DNA of 64,000 bases. Source: Alphaproteobacteria bacterium. Its GTDB lineage: Bacteria > Pseudomonadota > Alphaproteobacteria > Rickettsiales > UBA8987. The translations under genes were made by a program, and so were the position numbers. The DNA lies in contig JAUIFA010000001.1 in NCBI GenBank assembly GCA_030429625.1, positions 97,306 to 161,305 on the forward strand, in the 5' to 3' direction. This document shows positions 21,532 to 32,020 of this stretch, piece by piece. Each line of letters opens with the position of its first letter. The stretch's first letter is position 1. A model generated the notes under the pieces. It did not search any database, was not told the origin of the DNA, and saw nothing but the letters and a program-made list of their open reading frames with translations.

Positions 21532-22233
21532 TTATGCTGCGTCTCTGGTGGTGCGCTGCTCAATGCGCTTCTGATAATCTTTGCCCACAAAAAGCCGTTG
21601 CACAAAGATGCTTGGCGTGTGGATATTATCTGCTTCCAGTTCGCCTTCTTCCACCAGCTCTTCGACTTCTACAATAGTAGTTTTAGCGGCGGTGGCCATA
21701 ATCGGGTTAAAATTGCGTGCGGTTTTACGATAGACTACGTTGCCAGATTTATCCGCTTTCCATGCTTTGACAATGGCAATGTCGGCAAACAAGCCGGTTT
21801 CCATAACATAGTTATCCCCATTAAATTCACGGGTCTCTTTGTCTTCGGCTAACACGGTGCCGTAGGCGGTTTTGGTATAAAAAGCAGGAATGCCCGCTCC
21901 GCCGGCACGAATACGTTCGGCCAACGTGCCTTGTGGATTAAGTTCCAATTCAAGATCGCCATCGAGATATTGTTTTTCAAAAATCTTATTTTCTCCTACA
22001 TAAGAGGAAATCATTTTTTTGATCTGGCGGGTTTGCAACATTATGCCAAGACCAAAGTCATCAATACCGCAATTATTGCTGATAATTGTCAGGCCTTTTA
22101 CACCCGAATCACAAATGGCTTGAATGGAGTTTTCGGGAATTCCACACAAGCCAAAACCACCGGCCATAATGGTCATGTCATTCTCTAATAGCCCTTCTAG
22201 AGCAGACACCGCATCGTCATAGATTGTAACCAT
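21532..22233 (-). CDS. scoA: 3-oxoacid CoA-transferase subunit A
   Basis: 233 aa. Contains GGFGLCGIPE, ELNPQGTLAERIRAGGAGIPAFYT and ADKSGNVVY. Confidence 0.9.
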   Translation of the reverse strand: MVTIYDDAVSALEGLLENDMTIMAGGFGLCGIPENSIQAICDSGVKGLTIISNNCGIDDFGLGIMLQTRQIKKMISSYVGENKIFEKQYLDGDLELELNPQGTLAERIRAGGAGIPAFYTKTAYGTVLAEDKETREFNGDNYVMETGLFADIAIVKAWKADKSGNVVYRKTARNFNPIMATAAKTTIVEVEELVEEGELEADNIHTPSIFVQRLFVGKDYQKRIEQRTTRDAA

Positions 22234-22244
22234 CTCATTTCCTT

Positions 22245-23135
22245 CTAACTGCGTACTAAATCAGAATAATCTTGCATCATTTGGCGGGTAATGTCACCAA
22301 CTTTAAACTCAAAATTTCCCAACTCGCACTCTATGGAGCCGATCGGGGTTACCTCAGCGGCGGAACCGGTGAGGAATGCTTGGCTGGCCTTGGCCAGTTC
22401 TTCAGGCTGGATGTGGCGTTCCACTACGTTAATTCCACGCTTCTTAGCCAACTCAATGACGGTTCTGCGTGTGATACCATCCAAAAAACAATCCGGAGTC
22501 GGGGTATGTAGTTCTCCGTCCATGACCATAAAGAAATTTGCACCAGTGGCTTCGGCGATGTAGCCGCGATAATCAAGCATTAGCGCGTCATCAAACCCTT
22601 CGTCCATCACCTTATTTTTGCTTAGGGTACAAATCATATACAATCCGGCAGCCTTGGCGTGTACTGGCTCGGTTTCTGGGGAGGGGCGTTTCCATGGGGC
22701 AAAGGTAAGTTTGAGACCCTTCATCAGCGCTTCTTCACCGAAATATTTAGGCATTTCCCATGCGCAAATGGCGGTGTGGATGGAGGAACGGTCAGTGCGG
22801 ATGGCCATTTGTTCTGACCCGCGCCATGCTACTGGGCGGATATATCCGTCTGTGATGTTGTTTTTTGCGGCAATGTCGATGGTAGCCTGATTGAGTTCTT
22901 CAACCGAATAAGGAATAGTAAATCCCAGCATGTTGGCAGAATCGTGCAATCGTTGGGTATGTTCTGTGAGCTTAAAAATATTGCCATTATAGATCCGCGT
23001 CCCTTCAAACACGCATGAGCCATAATGCAGGCCATGATTCAACACATGAATCTTTGCATCACGCCAATCAACCGTTTTGCCGTTATACCAGATGTAACCG
23101 TCTCTGTCGTCAAAGGAAGGAGGGAGCGTTGTCAT
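22245..23135 (-). CDS. ilvE: Branched-chain amino acid aminotransferase
   Basis: 296 aa. Contains HGLHYGSCVFEGTRIY, KAAGLY and GITRRTVIELA, the class IV aminotransferase pattern. Confidence 0.9.
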   Translation of the reverse strand: MTTLPPSFDDRDGYIWYNGKTVDWRDAKIHVLNHGLHYGSCVFEGTRIYNGNIFKLTEHTQRLHDSANMLGFTIPYSVEELNQATIDIAAKNNITDGYIRPVAWRGSEQMAIRTDRSSIHTAICAWEMPKYFGEEALMKGLKLTFAPWKRPSPETEPVHAKAAGLYMICTLSKNKVMDEGFDDALMLDYRGYIAEATGANFFMVMDGELHTPTPDCFLDGITRRTVIELAKKRGINVVERHIQPEELAKASQAFLTGSAAEVTPIGSIECELGNFEFKVGDITRQMMQDYSDLVRS

Positions 23136-23188
23136 AATAGTGTTTTCCTCTTTTATAAAATCAGGTTGTGTATTATATAACGTATGTT

Positions 23189-23884
23189 ATGGAAGTCAAA
23201 GCACATATTTTAATTATCGACGACGATAAAAGGCTACGTTTGTTGTTGGAACAGTTTCTCAGTAAAGAGGGTTTTACCAGTAGCTCTGTGGCCAACACCG
23301 CTGAGGCACGTAACATATTACAGTCGGAAAATATTGATATTATCATTCTTGATGTGATGATGCCTGGACAAAATGGGGTAGAATTTGTCCAGCAATTGCG
23401 CAAAGAGCAGAAGGTTCTGCCGGTTCTTTTACTTACCGCAATGGACGATGTTGAAGACCGCATTACCGGTTTGCAGAGTGGAGCAGACGACTATCTAACC
23501 AAACCGTTTGAGCCGCGTGAATTATGCTTGCGGGTGGAAAATTTGTTGCGCCGACACCAGAATTTTATCCAGAAAAAATCCAATATTGTTAGGTTTGGAA
23601 CATTTTCTTACCATACGGACAGTCATGAATTGTACAAAGACGGTGAAAATCAGGACATCCCCCTCAGCAGCAATGAACAGGCATTGATGGATATGTTGGC
23701 CGCTGCCCTTAATCAGCCAGTCAGCCGTGAAGCACTCTCAGCCCAGTTAAACAATATCTCTGAACGTTCGGTTGATGTGCAGATTACCCGTTTGCGCCGT
23801 AAGATTGAAGACGATCCCAAAAACGCCAAATATTTGCGTACTATGCGCGGGCAGGGCTATGCACTCAAAGGTGATGTTGGTTGA
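23189..23884 (+). CDS. OmpR/PhoB-family response regulator
   Basis: The ATG at 23189 gives MEVKAHILIIDDD. The receiver domain has DIIILDVMMPG and DDYLTKPF. The winged-helix end is VDVQITRLRRKIE...LRTMRGQGYAL. The ORF-track start at 23168 is a GTG extension. Confidence 0.85.
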   Translation: MEVKAHILIIDDDKRLRLLLEQFLSKEGFTSSSVANTAEARNILQSENIDIIILDVMMPGQNGVEFVQQLRKEQKVLPVLLLTAMDDVEDRITGLQSGADDYLTKPFEPRELCLRVENLLRRHQNFIQKKSNIVRFGTFSYHTDSHELYKDGENQDIPLSSNEQALMDMLAAALNQPVSREALSAQLNNISERSVDVQITRLRRKIEDDPKNAKYLRTMRGQGYALKGDVG

Positions 23885-23908
23885 AGAAGTGCGCGGAAAA
23901 CAACCATC

Positions 23909-24730
23909 CTACAAAAATTCTTTGTCATGCTTGAGTGATGCCAGACTGGTACGGGTTTTCTGGATTTGCTCAGTGTCAATCTCCGCAAGGATTGTGCCCT
24001 CTTTTTCTCCGCCATCGGCCAATATTTCACCCCAAGGGCTAACAATTAGGGAGTGACCATAGGTGTTTCTGCCGCCAGGATGTTCCCCCGTTTGAGCAGC
24101 GGCAAACACAAAACAGCCATTTTCAATGGCGCGGGCGCGCACCAGTACTTCCCAATGAGCGCGGCCAGTTAAGCGGACAAAAGCCGCAGGTATAGAAAGA
24201 AAATCAGCGCCGGATTGGGCAAGGTGACGGTACAAATGTGGAAAACGGACATCGTAACACACGGACATACCTAATTTTCCCCAAGGGAGTGCAGCGATTC
24301 TACAATTTTCACCGGCGAGATAACTGTCTGATTCACGATAGCGCTTGCCGTTGGGAAGATCCGCATCGTAAAGGTGAATTTTATCGTAGTAAGAGGAAAT
24401 TTTTCCTGTGGGCGCAATCAGGTAAGAGCGATTATAAAGTTTCTGACTGTCGGCATAAGGTTTGATGGCCAATGACCCAATGGAAAGATATACCTGTTTC
24501 TCGGCGGCAAATTTTTGGAAGGATTTTAGAGCAGGATGGCTTTCCTCTGTATAAGAATTGGCCAGTAGATTGGTATTATTTTCTGCCATGAAAGCGACAC
24601 ATTCAGGGGTAAAAATAATGTCTGCACCTTGATATTTTGCTTCAGACATCAACTCACATGCCCGAGCAATATTATCGTCGAGATTATTCTGGCTGTTGAT
24701 TTGAACACAGGCTGCCTTAAAAATAGTCAT
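23909..24730 (-). CDS. Carbon-nitrogen hydrolase (nitrilase superfamily)
   Basis: 273 aa. Contains FTPE, the active-site Cys context GMSVCYDVRFP, and HWEVLVRARAIENGCFV. Confidence 0.85.
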   Translation of the reverse strand: MTIFKAACVQINSQNNLDDNIARACELMSEAKYQGADIIFTPECVAFMAENNTNLLANSYTEESHPALKSFQKFAAEKQVYLSIGSLAIKPYADSQKLYNRSYLIAPTGKISSYYDKIHLYDADLPNGKRYRESDSYLAGENCRIAALPWGKLGMSVCYDVRFPHLYRHLAQSGADFLSIPAAFVRLTGRAHWEVLVRARAIENGCFVFAAAQTGEHPGGRNTYGHSLIVSPWGEILADGGEKEGTILAEIDTEQIQKTRTSLASLKHDKEFL

Positions 24731-24731
24731 G

Positions 24732-25457
24732 TTACAATTGTACCGTTTTTGCTAAGGTTAGGATATAAATATTTTCCACCCCTTCTTTTTTGAGTATTTT
24801 GCTGCATTCGTTGAGCGTTGAACCGGTGGTCACTACATCGTCTACCAGTAAAACTGACGTACCAGGAATCACATCGGCATATTTGTTATTTATGGCAAAA
24901 CAGCCTTTGACATTTTCCTTGCGCTTTTTTGCGCTAAGGCTGGCTTGTGGCGGAGTATGTTTGGTTCTTTTTAACATGTCTGGTACAAATTTAGCGTTAC
25001 AGTCTTTGCTGATCTGTTTTGCCAAGAGAGCAGATTGATTGAATTTTCGTTGCAGCAATCGTTTTTTATGAATGGGGACAGGAATAATATAATCCACCTC
25101 GTCCACATTGGCTCGGTTAGCATTGACCATTAATTTTGCCAGATAAGATGCAACCAGAGTGTTGTCGCCATATTTAAATCGGGTAATAAGTTTTGAACTA
25201 TGTTCGTCATAAATAATGGCAGAGGAGGATTGGTTAAATATGGGTGGGGCGGCGGTGCATTGGGCACAAAGCGGCGAATCTTCATCAATATATTCTAGCG
25301 GAAAGGAACAGATACGGCAGGCATTAGAATTCAGAAAGCGAATATTGCCCCAGCAGACATGGCAAAGATTTCCGTAATCTTTTATGACGGTAGCACAGCC
25401 GACACAGCGTGGTGGAAAGAGAATGTCAGAGAGTATTTCTAGCGGTTTTCTTAGCAT
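24732..25457 (-). CDS. ComF-family phosphoribosyltransferase-like protein
   Basis: 241 aa. The N-terminus has a Cys-rich zinc-finger pattern (CVGC..CHVC..CRIC..CAQC). The PRT motif is VLLVDDVVTTGSTL. Confidence 0.8.
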   Translation of the reverse strand: MLRKPLEILSDILFPPRCVGCATVIKDYGNLCHVCWGNIRFLNSNACRICSFPLEYIDEDSPLCAQCTAAPPIFNQSSSAIIYDEHSSKLITRFKYGDNTLVASYLAKLMVNANRANVDEVDYIIPVPIHKKRLLQRKFNQSALLAKQISKDCNAKFVPDMLKRTKHTPPQASLSAKKRKENVKGCFAINNKYADVIPGTSVLLVDDVVTTGSTLNECSKILKKEGVENIYILTLAKTVQL

Positions 25458-26304
25458 TTTTTACAACATGGTAAGTGGCATATAAAGTGCTGATCATGAT
25501 GAAGGCGGTGCCTATAAGTGTCCATGTATCAATGATTTCATCAAACACGACATAACCGATAATAGCAATAAAAATGATACGAGTAAAATCATATGGTGTT
25601 AAAAGAGTCATGTCTGCATTGGCCACCGCATTGCCTAAAGAAATCTGTGCCACCGCCACGCTCATCCCCAACCCTAAACAAAGCGGCAAATGTTCCAATG
25701 TTGGGTTGTGCCAGCTCCATAATGCGCCGGGTAGTGTCACTGGAATGGTAAGCAACAAACTATAAAAGGCAATAAAAACAGGGTTTAGTTTTTTGGTCAT
25801 CATTTTAAGGATAGAATTGACTGTTGCCCAGATAATGGCCGAAGCCACGGCGCATAAACTGTACGCATTAAAGGCCTCAGTTCCCGGGCGCAATACCACC
25901 AGCATGCCTATGAAACCCAGCCCCAAAGCAAGCCAGCGTTTTCCATCACTGGCTTCTTTAAAAATCACAATACCGATAATTGATGCGATGATGGGCGACA
26001 TAAAGGTGATGGAGGTAGCCACCGCAATGGGAATATGTGCCAGTGCGGTATAGAACAAGGCCAAACCAATGTAACTTAAACAGGTGCGGAACAGCAAAAC
26101 CGGAAGATGTTGTTTTTGCAAAAGTGGCGGGCGGTGCTTCAACAGCCACGGAATAAAAAACGGTAAGGCAGAAATTGCACGCAGGAAATTGATCTGCAGG
26201 GCGCTGAAATCTGTGGTCAGTAAACGAGCAAAAACCGACATGATACAGATGGCCAGACAGAAAACCAACATCCACAGTATGCCAACGGTTTGGGTACTAT
26301 TCAT
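25426..26304 (-). CDS. EamA/DMT-family transporter (paralog 1 of 4)
   Basis: Ten-TM pattern. The ATG at 26304 (MNSTQTVGILWML) overlaps the upstream paralog's stop by 8 nt (ATGAATAG). The ORF-track start at 26391 is an upstream extension. Confidence 0.8.
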   Translation of the reverse strand: MNSTQTVGILWMLVFCLAICIMSVFARLLTTDFSALQINFLRAISALPFFIPWLLKHRPPLLQKQHLPVLLFRTCLSYIGLALFYTALAHIPIAVATSITFMSPIIASIIGIVIFKEASDGKRWLALGLGFIGMLVVLRPGTEAFNAYSLCAVASAIIWATVNSILKMMTKKLNPVFIAFYSLLLTIPVTLPGALWSWHNPTLEHLPLCLGLGMSVAVAQISLGNAVANADMTLLTPYDFTRIIFIAIIGYVVFDEIIDTWTLIGTAFIMISTLYATYHVVKNAKKTARNTL

Positions 26305-27202
26305 ATTGACCAACTTCTGCCGATTTTGCATGATACAGTGCGTAAAGTACGCTTGAGAGAATAATGATTCCCCCAGCAATAGTCCACACATCCACTATTT
26401 CATCAAAAAAGAAATAGGCAAAGACTGAGGTGTATATTAGGGTGGAAAAACTGATAGGAAGGACCACAGTAATGGGGGCTTTAGAAAAGGCCTTGGTTAC
26501 GGCATATTGTTGGCCAAACACAAAAACCCCCATCAACAAACATAATTTCCATTGATAGAGGGTGGGCTCAAGCCACACGTAAGTTGCCAAGGGCAATGCA
26601 AGTAAGCCGGTTAAAAACACCATATAGAACGTGATGGTGGAAGGGTTTTGGTTGGCAGTCAGCCGTTTGATTAAAATACCGCATGTGGCAAAACAACTGC
26701 AAGCAATGGCAATGAGTATGGTTGCCAAATACACATGACCCCGATTGTTTCCTGCTAGGCTAGAATCGTCTATGCCCGGGTGGATGACTGTCAGTACGCC
26801 AATAAGTCCAGCAACAAAGGCAATTTTTCGGTGGATGCTACTGTGCTCACGTAAGATAACCACTGCCGCGGTATATAAAAATAAAGGTGTCATATAAGAC
26901 AAAGCCGTGTGAATAGGTAAGGGGATAAGTGAAATAGCATAAAATGACAAAGACCAGCCCACACATTCTAAAACAGCGCGTAGCACATAGGCTTTATAGT
27001 GAGCAGTTTGTAGCACAATTTTTTTCTTCATTAAATAGGGCAAGAAAAGTGCCGTAGCAAAGACATTGCTGAAGAAAACAATTTGAAATGGATGCATATG
27101 ACTTTCGGTTAGAAAGCGGATGATAACAAAATTACATGCACCCAATAAGGTCATCACCACCATCCAGAACACACCGTGAGAGATATCGCTATAATGCTTC
27201 AT
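26297..27202 (-). CDS. EamA/DMT-family transporter (paralog 2 of 4)
   Basis: 301 aa, about 10 TM segments, similar to its neighbours. Overlaps the upstream paralog by 14 nt. Confidence 0.8.
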   Translation of the reverse strand: MKHYSDISHGVFWMVVMTLLGACNFVIIRFLTESHMHPFQIVFFSNVFATALFLPYLMKKKIVLQTAHYKAYVLRAVLECVGWSLSFYAISLIPLPIHTALSYMTPLFLYTAAVVILREHSSIHRKIAFVAGLIGVLTVIHPGIDDSSLAGNNRGHVYLATILIAIACSCFATCGILIKRLTANQNPSTITFYMVFLTGLLALPLATYVWLEPTLYQWKLCLLMGVFVFGQQYAVTKAFSKAPITVVLPISFSTLIYTSVFAYFFFDEIVDVWTIAGGIIILSSVLYALYHAKSAEVGQYE

Positions 27203-28073
27203 GCGTGCCTTTTAACCGCTTTGATTCACCGCGCATAGCAAAAACTGCTCCCACAAGAATAATGATTGAACCAATGACGGTCATCATTGTGGTTTTTTCC
27301 TCCAAGAAGATCGCACCCAAAATGACCACAAACAGTAGACGGGTAAACTGAAACGGCATCACAATCACCGCTTCGGTATATTCGTAGGCTTTAGACATGG
27401 AATATAGCGCAATATTCCAACACACCGCCACCAGAATTGCCCACAATAATTGGGTGTTGGTTGGCATCTGCCAATAGAAAAAAGCAATGGGCATGGAAAT
27501 TGCTCCCATAAACAGTTTGGTATAAAGAGAAATGGTATTGGCACTGTCCGTACGAGTGAGCATTTTGACGCTGATATGCGCCCCTCCATAAAGTGCCGCG
27601 CCGGTCAGAACAGCCAAAGATGCTGCATTAAAATGGACACTGCCAGGCTGAATGACCACTAAGGCACCGACAAATCCTATGGCTAACGCAAAGATACGAA
27701 CAAAAGTGGCTTGTTCTTTAAAACATAAAAGGGCAATGATTACCCCAAACAAAGGAGAAGTGAAAAAGATAGCCGATACGTCGGCCATGGTCATCTGGGT
27801 GAGCCCATAAACAAAAAGAATGTAAGAACTTGTCCCTGTGATGCCGCGCAGTAAATAGGTTTTCCAGCGAGTGGTTTTTGGCAAGGTAAAGCCAGAACGC
27901 TGTAGCCAAGAGGAACTCATAATCAGGGCAAATAAATGCACCATAGCACACACCATATAAGGGTTTATCCCTTCGGCAGCTTTACGTGAAGCCAGAGTAA
28001 TAATGGCCATCATAAAGCAGTGAATTACCATCCAAATGATGCCTTGCAGGCTGCTATGTAAATGTTTGATCAC
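27189..28073 (-). CDS. EamA/DMT-family transporter (paralog 3 of 4)
   Basis: 294 aa. LQGIIWMV and VMPFQFTRLLF match paralog 4 (LQAIIWMV, VMPFEFTALIF). Confidence 0.8.
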   Translation of the reverse strand: MIKHLHSSLQGIIWMVIHCFMMAIITLASRKAAEGINPYMVCAMVHLFALIMSSSWLQRSGFTLPKTTRWKTYLLRGITGTSSYILFVYGLTQMTMADVSAIFFTSPLFGVIIALLCFKEQATFVRIFALAIGFVGALVVIQPGSVHFNAASLAVLTGAALYGGAHISVKMLTRTDSANTISLYTKLFMGAISMPIAFFYWQMPTNTQLLWAILVAVCWNIALYSMSKAYEYTEAVIVMPFQFTRLLFVVILGAIFLEEKTTMMTVIGSIIILVGAVFAMRGESKRLKGTHEAL

Positions 28074-28938
28074 GACGTTTCATTTCCTTATGCAGGGCAA
28101 TAGAAGTTCCGGATAATACTATAATAGCACCTATAATAGTCCATTTATTTATAATTTCATCAAAGATAAAATAGGCCAAGAATGTAGTAAAGATCAGGGC
28201 GGTAAATTCGAACGGCATCACTACCGCAAGATCTACTTTTCTAAAGGCGTTAGCAATGGCGATGAATAAGAAGTTAGACACTTGTGCGGCAAGGATTAGC
28301 CAGAGAACATCATTAAGGCTGGGTGTTTGCCAATAATAAACCATAAAAGGAATACAAAAAAAGAACATAAACAGCCAAGTAAAGAACACGGTGGTGATAT
28401 TATCCTCGTCTACAATAATTTTTTTATAGAAGATTACCGATACGGCATAAAGGAAATTTGCGGCCAATGATGCAATGGCACCAATGTGGAAGTCATCCGT
28501 ACCGGGCCGGATGATGATCATTGCCCCGACAAATCCAATAAAGAGGGCAACAAGCTGTGTATTATTCAGTTTTTCTTTTAGAAAGATGACCGCTAGAAGG
28601 ACGGTAAATAATGGGGCAGTATAGTCAAGAGCTACGGCTTGAGTCAGCGGAATAACTGAAATACCATAGACCCATAAAAACATCGATAGCATTCCCGCAA
28701 TAGCACGGTAGTTGTGCAATTTAGCTATTTTTGTACGCGGGAAGGAAAAATGTCCTCTGTCTTTGATAACAATCCACAACAAGATAAGCACGATGGCAAA
28801 TAAATTACGCAGACTCACAATCACATAAGGATTGAGTGTTTCAGACAAATGGCGGATGATGGCGCTTAAGAGTGAAAACCAGAAACAGCTAATGACCATC
28901 CAAATAATGGCTTGTAAGTTGTTCGAGAGCTTATGCAT
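28054..28938 (-). CDS. EamA/DMT-family transporter (paralog 4 of 4)
   Basis: 294 aa, about 10 TM segments. Overlaps exoD by 8 nt and paralog 3 by 20 nt. Confidence 0.8.
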   Translation of the reverse strand: MHKLSNNLQAIIWMVISCFWFSLLSAIIRHLSETLNPYVIVSLRNLFAIVLILLWIVIKDRGHFSFPRTKIAKLHNYRAIAGMLSMFLWVYGISVIPLTQAVALDYTAPLFTVLLAVIFLKEKLNNTQLVALFIGFVGAMIIIRPGTDDFHIGAIASLAANFLYAVSVIFYKKIIVDEDNITTVFFTWLFMFFFCIPFMVYYWQTPSLNDVLWLILAAQVSNFLFIAIANAFRKVDLAVVMPFEFTALIFTTFLAYFIFDEIINKWTIIGAIIVLSGTSIALHKEMKRRDQTFT

Positions 28939-29584
28939 AATGGAGCAGGTGTATCAGAGGAGAGTTGCCGGCAAACATGTTCATCACCGCTTCTCCGCCA
29001 TAAATCAGAATCAGTGTGGTGATGGCACAGCCTACAAAACCCACAATAATCCCCACAATGATGGTGATTCCGTCCTTGCCAAGAAGCCCCAATGACATAA
29101 TTAAAATGCCATAACCGGGGGGGAGGTTGGTAAGTGGCAAGGGTACGGCAATGGACACAGCGCAGATAAATGCAACAATGCCAATAATTCGTTCGCCCGT
29201 TTCTGTAGCGGCAAAGTGCATTCTAGGTTTGAGGAGTTTTTCAATTTTTCGTAAAATAGGATTGGCTCGTTCAATCATTTTTGCCAGACCATGGCGGCGG
29301 ATCTCCCTGCGTTCTAGCCATTTGGGTAGCCATGGCGTGTCCATCCCCATAATCATTTGAATGGAAAAAATAAACAACGGAATGGAAAAAAACGTAGTGT
29401 AGCCTGGAGGTACAGGGATAGGAATACATAAGGGCAGGGAGGCAATGGCCATTAACACGCCAAACCCTCGCTCGTGTAACGCATTTTTCAGTTGCTCAAC
29501 GGTAATCATGTCATGCTGATGTTCTTCCACTACCTTTTCAAGTAAGGCAGAAGTAGTGCGGGCATGTTGTTTTTCATCATTCAT
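28931..29584 (-). CDS. exoD: ExoD-family exopolysaccharide synthesis membrane protein
   Basis: 217 aa. ERGFGVLMAIASLPLCIPIPVPPGYTT is typical of ExoD. Confidence 0.75.
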   Translation of the reverse strand: MNDEKQHARTTSALLEKVVEEHQHDMITVEQLKNALHERGFGVLMAIASLPLCIPIPVPPGYTTFFSIPLFIFSIQMIMGMDTPWLPKWLERREIRRHGLAKMIERANPILRKIEKLLKPRMHFAATETGERIIGIVAFICAVSIAVPLPLTNLPPGYGILIMSLGLLGKDGITIIVGIIVGFVGCAITTLILIYGGEAVMNMFAGNSPLIHLLHYA

Positions 29585-29626
29585 ATAAGGGATTCCAAAC
29601 CATCAATGAAACCAAATATAACACAG

Positions 29627-30508
29627 TTATAATGCTGGCTCATCAAGATTATGTGCTCGACAAAAGGAAATTAAAGTGTTGCGTAGCAAGCAGGCAATGG
29701 TCATCGGCCCCACCCCACCGGGAACGGGGGTAATCGCACCGGCAATGTTAACCACATTGTCAAAATCCACATCCCCAACCAGTCGGCTCTTTCCGTTTTC
29801 TTCAATGCGGTTGATGCCCACATCAATGATGGCAGCACCTTCTTTGACCCAATCGGCTTTGACCATACGCGGGTGGCCAATGGCAGCAACCAGAATATCA
29901 GCACGCTTACAAATGTCTTCAATGTTTCGGGTTTTGGAATGGACGGTCGTAACCGTACAATTCTCTGCCAGAAGAAGGGAGGCCATCGGTTTTCCCACAA
30001 TGTTGGAACGCCCCAGCACAACCGCATTCAAGCCTGACAGGTCACCCAGCGTGTCTTTGAGAAGTATAATACAGCCAAGCGGCGTGCACGGAACCATTGC
30101 ATTCTGACCCGTTACAAGCCGACCGGTGTTAATCACATGAAAACCATCAACATCCTTATCGGGAGAGATGGCTTCAATCACCGCATTTTCATTGATGTGT
30201 TTTGGCAAAGGCAATTGCACCAAAATGCCATTGACTGTAGGGTCTTGATTTAGCTCCTCCACTTTGGTGATCAATTCTGTTTCGGAAATGGTGTCCGGCA
30301 TTTTAAATTCAAAGGATTCCATACCGCATTCAACGGTTTGCTTGCCTTTATTACGTACGTAAACCTCACTGGCCGGATCTTCTCCCACCAAGATAACCGC
30401 AAGACCGGGTTTTTTACCTGTGGTGGTTGTTACTTTTTTTACCTCCGTAGCTACTTTTTCACGTAAGCTAGCAGCAAAGGCTTTTCCGTCAATAATTTTG
30501 GCCGTCAT
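29627..30508 (-). CDS. folD: Bifunctional methylenetetrahydrofolate dehydrogenase/cyclohydrolase
   Basis: The ATG at 30508 gives [19 protein letters not shown]. Later motifs include [20 protein letters not shown] and GGVGPMT. The ORF-track N-terminal extension overlaps the FNR gene and is rejected. Confidence 0.93.
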   Translation of the reverse strand: MTAKIIDGKAFAASLREKVATEVKKVTTTTGKKPGLAVILVGEDPASEVYVRNKGKQTVECGMESFEFKMPDTISETELITKVEELNQDPTVNGILVQLPLPKHINENAVIEAISPDKDVDGFHVINTGRLVTGQNAMVPCTPLGCIILLKDTLGDLSGLNAVVLGRSNIVGKPMASLLLAENCTVTTVHSKTRNIEDICKRADILVAAIGHPRMVKADWVKEGAAIIDVGINRIEENGKSRLVGDVDFDNVVNIAGAITPVPGGVGPMTIACLLRNTLISFCRAHNLDEPAL

Positions 30509-30512
30509 AATG

Positions 30513-31514
30513 CTACACTCCTTTGCTGGTGGAATATTCAAAATGGAACGGTTCATCATGCACAAAAGGATAGGCCGCTTTGGCTGCCAGTGCGGCTTCG
30601 CTAAATCCGCATACGATGAGCTTGAGCTTGTTGTCGTAATGGTTAATATCGCCCACGGCAAAAATGCCCTCAATGTTGGTTGCCAAAGTAGTAGGGTGCA
30701 CATCAATGTGATTTAAATGGATGTTAAGCCCCCAACTAGCAATGGGACCCAGCTCCATCGCCAAACCGTAAAAAGGCAAAAGATAATCGGCTTTAAGCTC
30801 TTTTTCATTGCCCTGCAAATCTTTGACAATCACTGTTTCCAACTGCCCATTCTTGCCCTTGAGATTGTCCAACTGATAAGGAATCACCAATTCAATTTTG
30901 CCTACTTCGGCCAAGGCATGTAATTTGTCAGAGCTGTCCGGTGCACAGCGGAATTTTGGACGACGATGTACCAGTTTGACTGTCTTAGCAAGCTCGGCCA
31001 AAGACAGTGCCCAGTCTACTGCGCTGTCCCCACCGCCAGCAATGACCACATCTTTGTCGCGGTAAATCTCTTTTTTCTGTACCATATACGCCACGCTGCC
31101 TGTGGACTCATAGGCTTCTAACCCTTCAATGGGCGGACGGTTTGGCCCAAAAGCTCCGCATCCCGCGGCAATGATAATGGCTTTGGATTCAATAATCACG
31201 CCGTTGGACGTGGTGGAAACCCACACATCTCCCTGTTTTTCTACTTTTACCAATTGTTGCCCTAGATGATAGGTTGGGTTAAAAGGTTCGGCCTGCTTGT
31301 GCAGGCTAGCAATCAGCTCTTCGGCAGAAATGGCCGGAAAGCCGGGAATGTCATAAATCGGTTTTTCTGGATAGAGCGCGGTACATTGGCCCCCGACATA
31401 ATCAAGAGCGTCTACCACATGGGCACGCATTTTCATCATGCCACATTCAAAGATGGTAAACAGGCCAACCGGTCCAGCGCCAATAATCACAATGTCTGTT
31501 TGGTGTTTTGTCAT
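30513..31514 (-). CDS. Ferredoxin--NADP(+) reductase, thioredoxin-reductase-like type
   Basis: 333 aa. Contains [33 protein letters not shown] and [11 protein letters not shown]. Confidence 0.85.
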   Translation of the reverse strand: MTKHQTDIVIIGAGPVGLFTIFECGMMKMRAHVVDALDYVGGQCTALYPEKPIYDIPGFPAISAEELIASLHKQAEPFNPTYHLGQQLVKVEKQGDVWVSTTSNGVIIESKAIIIAAGCGAFGPNRPPIEGLEAYESTGSVAYMVQKKEIYRDKDVVIAGGGDSAVDWALSLAELAKTVKLVHRRPKFRCAPDSSDKLHALAEVGKIELVIPYQLDNLKGKNGQLETVIVKDLQGNEKELKADYLLPFYGLAMELGPIASWGLNIHLNHIDVHPTTLATNIEGIFAVGDINHYDNKLKLIVCGFSEAALAAKAAYPFVHDEPFHFEYSTSKGV

Positions 31515-31603
31515 GGTCGCTATTTATAAGCGAGAACAATATTTTGTGCAAGCGGCTTATATAAGCGGTGGACATATATTTCTTCTTCCATTAGAAGTAA
31601 AAT

Positions 31604-32020
31604 ATGATGCAAAGCTGTACCGTTACATTGTCGTTTTCTGCGGCTAAAAGATTGCCGGATTTTGATGGTAACTGCAAACATGTTCATGGCTATGGTCATA
31701 AAATAGAAGTAACCTTTGCTCCAAAAGGTTCGGATGGAGATTTGGTGGTTGATTTTTATAAGGTCAAGAATGTGCTGGGGCAATGGATAGACGGGCATTG
31801 GGATCACACGATTTTGTTGCATGAAAAGGATAAATCTTTAGGAAATTTAATCGCTCAACATACCGGTCAGACCCCCTTTTATTTTGATACGAGTCCTACG
31901 GCAGAAAACCTTGCTAAATTTTTATGCACACAGATCTGTCCAGAGTTATTGCCTCAGGTGATATGCATCAAAGTTAGAGTCTACGATAATCCGGAAGTGT
32001 GGGCGGAATTCTCTGTTTAA
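31604..32020 (+). CDS. queD: 6-carboxy-5,6,7,8-tetrahydropterin synthase
   Basis: 138 aa. FSAAKRLP..C..VHGYGHKIEVTF and DHTILL match the PTPS/QueD pattern. Confidence 0.75.
   Translation: MMQSCTVTLSFSAAKRLPDFDGNCKHVHGYGHKIEVTFAPKGSDGDLVVDFYKVKNVLGQWIDGHWDHTILLHEKDKSLGNLIAQHTGQTPFYFDTSPTAENLAKFLCTQICPELLPQVICIKVRVYDNPEVWAEFSV

Noticed and set aside
30509-30706. A 66-codon N-terminal extension of folD in the ORF track, overlapping the FNR gene.
   Set aside because: The canonical FolD N-terminus MTAKIIDGK starts at the ATG at 30508, which lies 2 nt after the FNR stop. The extension has no homology-like features.
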